Assembly (NCBI GenBank): GCA_009602725.1
Contig: WELB01000010.1
Coordinates: forward strand, 1,247,852 to 1,267,851
Direction: 5' to 3'
Length of the DNA: 20,000 nt
Source: Spirogloea muscicola
Lineage: Eukaryota
Part shown: positions 11,962 to 20,000 of the stretch, one piece after another
Numbering within the stretch: the first letter of the stretch is position 1
How the letters are laid out: every line of letters begins with the position of its first letter
The notes under the pieces: generated by a model
Told to the model about the DNA's origin: nothing
Database searches by the model: none
Seen by the model: the letters and a program-made list of their open reading frames with translations, nothing else
Made by a program: the position numbers and the translations under genes

Positions 11962-13019
11962 CATGCCGGACGGGCTTGCTGTCTGACATTCAGCTGACGC
12001 CTTAGGAAATCTGTAGGCCAGAGAAGTGTACGACGCCCACCCATTACTGGGCCTCCGGCGCTTGACATAGTGGACTGAGAGTAGTGGCATCTTGGCCAGG
12101 CTTGATCTGGTACAGACTCCGTCAGGCCTGCGCCAAGTCCAGCACGTCATGACAAGTTTGTGGAGTCCTGTGCACTTGCAGCTAGATGCCCTCCCCGTGC
12201 ACGACCTCCCAGCTCTAGGTACATTGCTTAGATTGTCAGTGTTACAGAGTGCTGCTTTTTGCTGGCAGCCCGTGCAGATTGGTGATTTTGCGAATTTGAG
12301 TCGCAAATTTGAGTACTTTTTAAGCACTGGAAATATCTTCAGGTTCATGATAGAACACATCATAGGTCTGCCAAATTGTTTATGCAATGGCCGTGTACAA
12401 GCCTTCGTTGGTGGACTCGGTTGGTCGCACGACAGCTCCCCGTGCAGAATCACAGCAGCTCTCCTGTTTGCTAACACGGGAGTACTAAGAGCGCCGTGTC
12501 TGCCTAGCCTGTGGCTCCCCTGCTCTACATATTTGCAACAGTTTTTGCCTGAACAACGTATTGGCTTGAAGAGAGAGAGGGAGAAGGCGCGCGGTGCACA
12601 TGAAATTGAAAGGGAGGCCAATCCTAGCCTTACAAATGTCCTGTCAACTGGGTAACGAGCTGGCTAAGGTGGACACGGCTTGACTAGTCCTCCCTTCCAT
12701 TGCCATTTCCACTTCCCTTTCCATTTGTACTTGGCCACACAGGCTCTCCATCTCTTAATACACACTCCATTTCATGCGCACCGCGGGCCTCCTCTCCTAT
12801 TATGATCACTATTTATATATTATTGTTATTGTCAGGCTCTTTTTGCACCTGGCTGGCTTTAACAGCACCTCCTTAAGTATCAGCAGCCGCACTCCTCCCC
12901 CCGACAGTTGCAGGCAGCCGTGTTAGCACCCTCTCGCCAGCCTGCGCCGCCATTGTGTTGCACTCCCACTGACTCGGCTGCGGCAGTAAGGGGCGCGTAG
13001 TCGCGCCGCCGGCGGCGCG

Positions 13020-16000
13020 ATGGCCGACGTGCGCTGCGCCGCTGCGGGCGAGGCGCACACGCTCGTCGTGACAGGTGGGACGATGCTCCCCCACGCTCGC
13101 CAGTGCTCCTCAAAGGCACCTTGGCGGCCGCCCCGCCGCTTGCCCTGTCGGCTGGTAGCCTCGAGCTGGCCCTCGGGCGTGCGATGACGAGAAGGCGGCG
13201 AGCGGCTCTGGCGCGTGTCTCCCCCGATGGCCGTGCTGCAGACGGGGGCCGCCTAGCCGCCTGGGGCCGCGGCGGCTTCGGCCGCCTCGGCACGGGCGTC
13301 TCAGAGGACGCCGCGCTCCCGCGGCTCGTCGCCCTGCGGAGTCCGGCGCCAGAGCGCCGGCCGCCTGCCGTTAGTCCACCGCCACCAGGTGCGCATTCCC
13401 ATTTCTAATTGCGTTATCTCACACTAACTTTGCATGCAGGTCCTTACGCCAGAATAAGGAACGTAATGTTTATAAACCTTAGGGGACGACCTCAGAGCTG
13501 CAATGCCAAGTGAGCCAGCAGATGGACCTGTAGGGGTTAGGATTTGATGGCTAGGAGTTTAGGTTTCATATTGTCTAGGGATTTGGGGTTTAGGTGACCT
13601 GTGCACGTTGCTCGCAGGGCCTGACCATCATCGGCTTGCTACAATCAGTGACGGCGGCTGGCGCGCTGAGCTCTGAAGGCAGGGCTAGAAGCTGCAGCAG
13701 AGGAGGAGGAGTGCGTCGTCGCTGCAGCCGCAGGCGCGTACCACGGCCTCGCTTTGACAGGCAAGCAGCCACCTCACGAACACCAGTGGTTGCACAGCTT
13801 TTGTCAACCCACAGCACTTGGCCTGTGCAATGACACGTGAGACCAGCATCAGCTGTACCTCAATCAAACCTAACATGATAAGTCCTGTACTCCACTCTAC
13901 CGACTGATAACCTACTTGCGGCAGCTCGTGTCAGTGTGACAGTCTGATTAACATTGACTCAAGACCTCTGCTGGCGCTCTTTGCAGGGCGAGGCACGGTG
14001 TGGACTTGGGGTTATGATGCCTGTATCCTGCAGTCTGGGAGGACTGGATAATCACTTGCTGCTCAGGCAACTCACTGCTTAAACAAGCTGCATATGTGCA
14101 GTTCCAATCCAAGCAACATCGCAAGCTTTTACAACAGCCACAAAGTGCTGTTTCAAGGCGGCTAAAATTCTGGCTAGTGTATGAGCCGAAAGTCGACTTG
14201 AAGTTCGGTATCTTATACAGCATCACGAGGTTCAAGAAAGTACAATGAACGGCCTTGCTCTGAGTTAAACTGTCAGGTCTGCATTGCACTCATTCGAGGA
14301 TAGGTGTCATCAACTGTCAGGCATGTTTGCATTCGCGAGTCAATCCTTGATGTCGATGTCATGCAGATGGACAGCTCGGGGGCGGCGAGCAGGACTCACC
14401 GTATTCCATACCCAATCCCGTCCAATTTATAGAGGCGGGCCAAGACGCGCACATTGCGGCCGTGGCGGCGGGAGGTATGATGTCTGCAGCCATTGACGCA
14501 GATGGCGGGCTCTGGTTATGGGGCCGCTGCCCTGCTCCTGTCCAACCACCACCCCTGGGAAGCCTGCACTGTCAGCGAGAGGCAGAGAATGCAGCCGAGG
14601 ACAGCAGTCGAGCCGGCAGTGGGGAACAAATAGCAACTGCCTGTGACAATCAAGAGGCACTGTCATCATGCACCGATGCCAGCAGACAGCTTGTCGATGG
14701 CGTGGAGAGAACACTGATTGTCGAGGTGCTCCAGACAATCAACATCCCTAAGAGACTCTGGCTTCCGCTCAGCACTACCATCCTGGCCGTGGCTTGTGGG
14801 AGCGAGCACGTGCTGGCCACAATGACGGTCCTTCCCAGCCGTGCGGTCCCTGCCGACTTCAGTCTGACGGATGGAAAACATGGCGCAATGCCCGTGGAGC
14901 TCTATGCGTGGGGCTCGAACCAGCATGGCCAGCTGGGCTTGGGCGATACTGCAAACCAGAGCACGCCCCAGCGTGTGTTGGAGCTGTGCATGCCTGCTTT
15001 CGGCCAGGTTGTGACCTTTGCTTGCGGCGCCTTTCACAGCGTGGTGGTGACCGGCCCTGCCAAGAGCTCCGCAGACACCCTGCTCGCAGGTCCCAGTACT
15101 CCGGACGCTGCGGCGCCCCAGCCAGCAGGGGGCTCGCGGGGCTCTGTGTGCTGGACCTTCGGCCTTGGCTCAGATGGTCAGCTGGGCTTGGGAACATCGG
15201 CAAGGTAAGACTCAGATTAACAAGCTGGGTGCCAGTGCGTGACTTACATGTATTGTGAATCATTTTTGCGCTCATTAGCTGCTTTATCATCAGTGTGAAA
15301 GTCAAGTTTTTTTAACCTAATGAGTGCAGCCAAGCGCAGCCGAGGCAAGTGCAAGGCCTGCCAAGGGAGGAACCAATTGCTGCTGTGGCTTGCGGTCTCT
15401 TCCACTCCTGCGTTGTGGTGGGCGGCGGCGCCGTCTTCGCCTGGGGCATGGCGGGTGGCCTAGGCCTCTGCCCGGACTTGGGGCCTCCGGGGGCCGATGC
15501 CGGGCCGGCGTTTGTGCCAGTCCGTGTGCCATTGCCGTATGAATGGGGGCCCGTGCAGAGCATCACCTGCGGTGCTGCGCACACTGTGGCTGTTTGTGAT
15601 GAGGTGGAGTCTCTAGCCTCTGATATGAAAGCCTAACCCTGAACCCTGAGGAGTATCTGGCAGTCTCAAATGTCCACAGCTTTATTCCTGCAATCCCCTC
15701 AGCAGAGTGGCAACCTTCTGCAGAATCCATCAAGTGACTGAGAGTACGATTTGTTTGACTTACTGATGAGATGTATTTCCAGTAAGTCAAACAATTTATG
15801 CTTATAATGATTTCAACTGCAGGGAAGGACGTTGTTAGCCTGGGGCCGAAATCAGAGCGGGGAGCTGGGGAATGGGACCTGCCTAGACAGCTATCTCCCG
15901 CAACGCGTGGCATGGCCGCAGCCACAGGGTGCAAGCTGCCTGTACGCATCGGTGCTTTCTTGTCATCTGACCATCCTGGCACGGCAAGTGTTGGGCTTGA

Positions 16001-17587
16001 GAAGTTGCAACACTGGAAGACAGCTGCTTACATGGGCTAAACATAGCTGTTGTCAAGGTTGATAACGCAATGACCTGACTAAATTTGATGTTGTCACGAT
16101 CAATGTAGGAGTATCTTTGACAAGAGCTCTGCCTACCACATCACTACCATCCCATCCTCTTCTGGTGATCATCTCTGCAGGAACTTTTCTGAGGCAGTCC
16201 GGAACAAGGTGAATCCAGAGAGCGCGCCCGCAGCACAGGTACTCATTGTCACTGCAGACTGTAGTGCGTACCGAGTGCTCCTGCAGGGTCCTCGGTGGCA
16301 AGTGCGCTGAGCACAGCGAACTCGCTTTGCCACACTGGCGAGTAACAGTCCCTATGTCGGCTCTAGCCTGGGAATACAAAGGTTGCAGAATGTAGGCCCG
16401 GATGTTACTCAGACTTGCAGTGTACCCAAGAATACTTCATTGACTCAATCTGACAGTAAGGGAGAGCACAGGCTGCAGATGCTGGGCGGCTGGAGAAGGC
16501 AGTGGCTGCTCTGACTCGTGAGCTGGAAGAGCTCAGCTCGCATCTAAGCATGCAGCAGCGCCAGCTTGCCACCATGCAGGCTGGTGAGCTCCCTTGGCTG
16601 CCTGAGCAGAGACTAGATGACATTGTCTTCCTCCTCCTATTCGAGACAATACAGCGAAGCTTGCCTTGGCCCGCAGCATTCAAAATTCCAGGATCTGCTT
16701 GTCAGGGTCAAGATGACTGCAAAGAAGGAGGATAGCATGACGTTGCAAATTGTTTGAAGTACGGGGACCTGAATGCTGCCCTCAACCTTTCTGGCGCCTC
16801 ATCAGCACTCTTTGGCAAACCCGTGGACGGAGGCCCTGCTCTGCTCGAGGACTGGGCCAGGAGCTTGCGGGCTGCTTCTGTAGTGGACCTCGCCAAGCTG
16901 CAGGTCAGCATTGCAATTTGATGCAGCAAATAGAATTGAACGTGGATGACCCCTAAACCCTAAACCCTAAACGCCTTGATTGGGGTCACAACAAGTGACA
17001 TCGCCAAGCTGCAGGTCAGCATTGCAACTTGATGCAGCAAATAGGATTGAACGTGAATGAACATGCCTTGGCTGGGGTCACAACAAGTGACATAGACTAA
17101 TCCCTGTGGCTCTCTGATGCTGATACATGGTAAATTCATATCCATCCTTATGCCTTATGCCTGCAGTCTCTCAATCAATCAGTGCACATCAACAAGTCTG
17201 TACGTGCACAACTAGCTCACTGCTTCAATAAGCCTCTGCTTTCATTCTTGCTAGGCATTTTACCAGAACATGGCGCGGCAGGTGGATGATGAGATTCTGG
17301 ATCGCAAGGTGCGCGGGCTCTGCCAGAGGCACCTGGCCGACCGCCTCCCCCTCGCCACCACTTCCGCCCTGCCTCCAGAGCTGTTGCCGACCATCTCCCC
17401 TTCCAGGGCCTCACCCTCGGCTACGCCGCTCGGCACCACTGGCTCAGCCTTGGATAGATCTCCAGCAAGCTTCCAGCAATCTGGATTCCCTCCGAACACA
17501 CCCATGAATCCGATGCTGGGCAGGACTGGCCCAGGGGTCCTGCCGCCGGAGCTGGAAGATCTCCGAAGGAAGATGCATGCGCTCTGA
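13020..17587 (+). CDS. RCC1-repeat (beta-propeller) family protein with a C-terminal helical/coiled-coil region, ~11 exons
   Basis: Exons 13020-13074, 13242-13388, 13698/13701-13760, 13987-14022, 14367-15204, 15330-15603, 15823-~15928, ~16181/16198-16238, 16472-16583, 16806-16903 and 17255-17587 (the exon 7/8 junction is uncertain). RCC1 blades: AAGEAHTL..WGRGGFGRLG, AAGAYHGL..WGYDAYGQLG, ACGSEHVL..WGSNQHGQLGLG, ACGAFHSV..FGLGSDGQLGLG, ACGLFHS, TCGAAHTV..WGRNQSGELGNG. Confidence 0.88.
13530..13595 (+). repeat. Degenerate TTTAGGG-like tract in RCC1 intron 2
   Basis: taggggttaggattt..gtttaggttt..ctagggatttggggtttagg. Confidence 0.55.
14023..14366 (+). other. U12-type (minor spliceosome) GT-AG intron
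   Basis: Donor GTATCCTG and branch site TCCTTGAT at 14344-14351, close to the CAG acceptor with no polypyrimidine tract. Splicing restores WGYDAYGQLG. Confidence 0.85.
16886..17093 (+). repeat. Tandem duplication (periods 111 and 92 bp) spanning an exon end and donor site
   Basis: gac.tcgccaagctgcaggtcagcattgcaa.ttgatgcagcaaatag.attgaacgtg.atga...gccttg..tggggtcacaacaagtgacat occurs twice. Confidence 0.95.
16950..16972 (+). repeat. Interstitial telomeric repeat (CCCTAAA)3
   Basis: Three perfect plant-type telomere units at 16951-16971. Confidence 0.92.
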
Positions 17588-17893
17588 GCCCTCGCGTGTT
17601 ATTGCCCATCATGTTCTATGGTGCTGTTTCCAGTTCATTAAAATCAGTCGATGCCCCTTCTCTCCTTCTATGGTCGTGGGCCAGGGCTGGGCCAGGGCAA
17701 GGCCAGGTGCAAATGCTGCCTTTCGGCCAGCTTGGGTGCCTGAGTCTCACAGTGTGCACCTTGTGGCGGGCCAAGCAAAGCAGCGCAAGCTCTTTCGCTG
17801 AATGAGGACCTTGCAAGCACATGCGCTGAACAAGTGACCACATTTGGTTGCAACGACTGGGTCGGTTGGGTCGAACAAGAGGGCAAGAGTCCT

Positions 17894-19814
17894 TCAAGTC
17901 CCATCTTCAAAGCGCGGTTGCAAGCTCTTCACCACATCCACAACATCGGCCAAGGTGATGGTGAGCGGTGTGGTCTTAGTGCCGTTGCCATAGAGCAGAA
18001 GGTAGTCAAGCTGGCAGATTGCGGCAAGGAAGTGGAAGACGCCATTGTTGTAGCCACGCGGTCGGAGCTCCAGGACAGCAGCGGCGGGCGGGAGGTAGAG
18101 CATGTTGGTCAGCGCGGAGCCGTGGACGCCCAGGAGGAGCCTCGCCCGCCCAAACAAACGCCACGCATGCTCCACCGGTGTGAACCCATCGTGAAAGACC
18201 TGCAGAGCCAGCAAAACGACTGAAGCACTCCATCACTGATCTTGAAGGTACTGAACTTAGTCCAATCTTATTACAACTTATAGAAGGAGTGGACTTAAGA
18301 CTGTACGCTGGATAGGAGCTCTGAAGCGAACCTCGATGCGATGGGGAGGGATAATCTTGGCTAACTCTCTCAGGAGTACGTCAAAGTCGACGAGCCGGCG
18401 TGACGTCGACGTGCGGTTGACAACGACAATGCACCACGACGGGAGCTCCTCGTCGCCACTGCCGCCGGGTGGTGCCTCGCCCTGCTCCCACGTCTCAATG
18501 ACCCGCTCAGCAGCTTGCGCCCGTGCGTCCAGGATGGCCGCCGGCAGCCGGCTTGCCCGGTATCGGTGGCGGCCTGAGCCAGTGCCTGGGTTGCTCCGCG
18601 GCAGGATATAATCATCCCGCAGGTGAGATATGAGAGCGCGCGAGGGCCGCCCGCACCGCGACTGCGCAGGTAGCACCAGCCGCTTTGTGAAAAAGAGCTC
18701 GCCAGGCTGGATGGCATACGTGTTCACCGTTTCTCGCGCAAATCCCACGATTCCAAATAGGTGGAAGTGCGCCTCCTGTCCAATGGAGCAAACAGAAAAC
18801 CACGCGCGGGGAGCAAGGTAGCGTTAAGGGCTCAGAGACTCCTGTTTGCTCGCCCACAGCTTGAGCCTGAGCAATATAACCAACCGACATCTGGATTAAG
18901 TGGCCGCCCAACCTGGCCAGTGCGGTGTGCAACTGGTATGCCGTGCTTGGCAGCGAGCACATCTCGAAGGAGCATCATCTGCAGTGTGGTCTCGGTGAAG
19001 GAGTGGAAGTAGACGGCGGCATTCCAATTGGCGATGCTGGCAAGGTCTTGGAAGGCCGTCACACGCGTCGCGTTTGGCGTGTACGTCCCCCAATCACACG
19101 GGCACGACCTGCATGCGCTCTTAGGGGTCCAGCCTTATGGGCTGGGGGAACTCGTTTGCCCTCAACTCTCAAAGCCCACAAGCTTGCACCCGCTGCTGCT
19201 GGTCACATGAGGTCCCTAGACTGCTGAATAGACTGCTAAAAGCCACAAAGAGAAGGCCAGCTATACTTCGGTGTTAGACCTGTCTTGGCGACTTCGGCGT
19301 TGGATCAACAAGAGATTCAGGCCGTCGGCGGCCGCATCAACGGCAAGTGGGCGCGCTGAAAAGGCGCGGCCCTCACTTGCAGACAAAGCCATGGATGTAG
19401 AGGTTCTGGTCATCGAAGACGCTCCCACGGTCGTTAACGTATACATCGTGCAGCACGTATATCTAGCGGCGGCGACGGCGGCGGCGAGAGTGCTGCTGCA
19501 TCAGCGCAGACTCCGGCTAGAATCGAAGCAGGACGGACAGAGTGTGTAACCTCCAGAGTTAAGTATAGAATTCTATCTATGTATGTGTAAGTATATATAC
19601 ATAACATAATTATGTAACATGTCCAAGATAAGGTTTGGCATTGGCGTGCCTGGCCAGCAAAGGGCTCCGCCTCCCAGTCGTCGTCGGCCGCGGCGGCGGC
19701 GGCGTCCACGGCGGCGGGGACGTTGAGCGGCCGCGGGGCGCGCACCGGCGCGGTGTCGACGAGGCCGGCGGTCCAGCACGCTGAGACGGGGCCGGCACCG
19801 CCGCCGCCGCCGAC
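17894..19814 (-). CDS. Glycosyltransferase family 61 (DUF563) protein, 5'-partial
   Basis: Exons >19814-19650 (tentative), 19462-19377, 19108-18913, 18775-18332 and 18199-17894 join in frame. Motifs: YFHSFTE, VVNR...RRL, LLLGVHGSALTNMLYLPP..VLEL. The start lies in the N gap. Confidence 0.82.
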
Positions 19815-19891
19815 NNNNNNNNNNNNNNNNNNNNNNNNNNNNNNNNNNNNNNNNNNNNNNNNNNNNNNNNNNNNNNNNNNGAAAAAAAAAA

Positions 19892-19938
<47 letters not shown>

Positions 19939-20000
19939 NNNNNNNNNNNNNNNNNNNNNNNNNNNNNNNNNNNNNNNNNNNNNNNNNNNNNNNNNNNNNC
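19815..20000. other. Assembly gap with a low-quality A/T homopolymer island
   Basis: N runs at 19815-19880 and 19939-19999 flank an A-run and T-run. Confidence 0.95.

Noticed and set aside
13184..13241. ATG at 13184 as the RCC1 start
   Set aside because: The upstream exon 13020-13074 supplies the first half-blade (AAGEAHTL) with good splice sites, which places this ATG in intron 1.
13020..17587. Calling the RCC1-repeat gene UVR8
   Set aside because: It lacks the GWRHT tryptophan motifs and the C-terminal VP motif.
19881..19938. A-run/T-run as a retroposon tail, terminator or hairpin
   Set aside because: It is isolated between N runs and is most likely a gap-filling artefact.

Overview
Intron-rich, GC-rich eukaryotic DNA. 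A streptophyte alga or early-diverging plant is inferred from the plant-type proteins, CCCTAAA telomeric repeats and a U12-type intron. Four host genes are present: sphingosine kinase (291-3811 +, 11 exons, ~489 aa), myo-inositol-1-phosphate synthase (9086-11961 +, 9 exons, 510 aa), an RCC1-repeat protein (13020-17587 +) and a GT61/DUF563 glycosyltransferase (17894->19814 -, 5' end lost in an N gap). A 4.6-kb mobile-element cluster lies between the first two genes. It holds a decayed, chimeric CRE-like non-LTR retrotransposon (RT + CCHC + restriction-like endonuclease) that appears to be bracketed by a ~310-350 bp LTR-like direct repeat, an inverted solo copy of that repeat, and a PIF/Harbinger MITE abutting a second Harbinger end. 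Other notable points are a minor-spliceosome intron, 3-4 GC-AG introns among ~32, and a (CCCTAAA)3 insertion whose empty site is preserved in an adjacent tandem duplicate. All alignments were done by eye.
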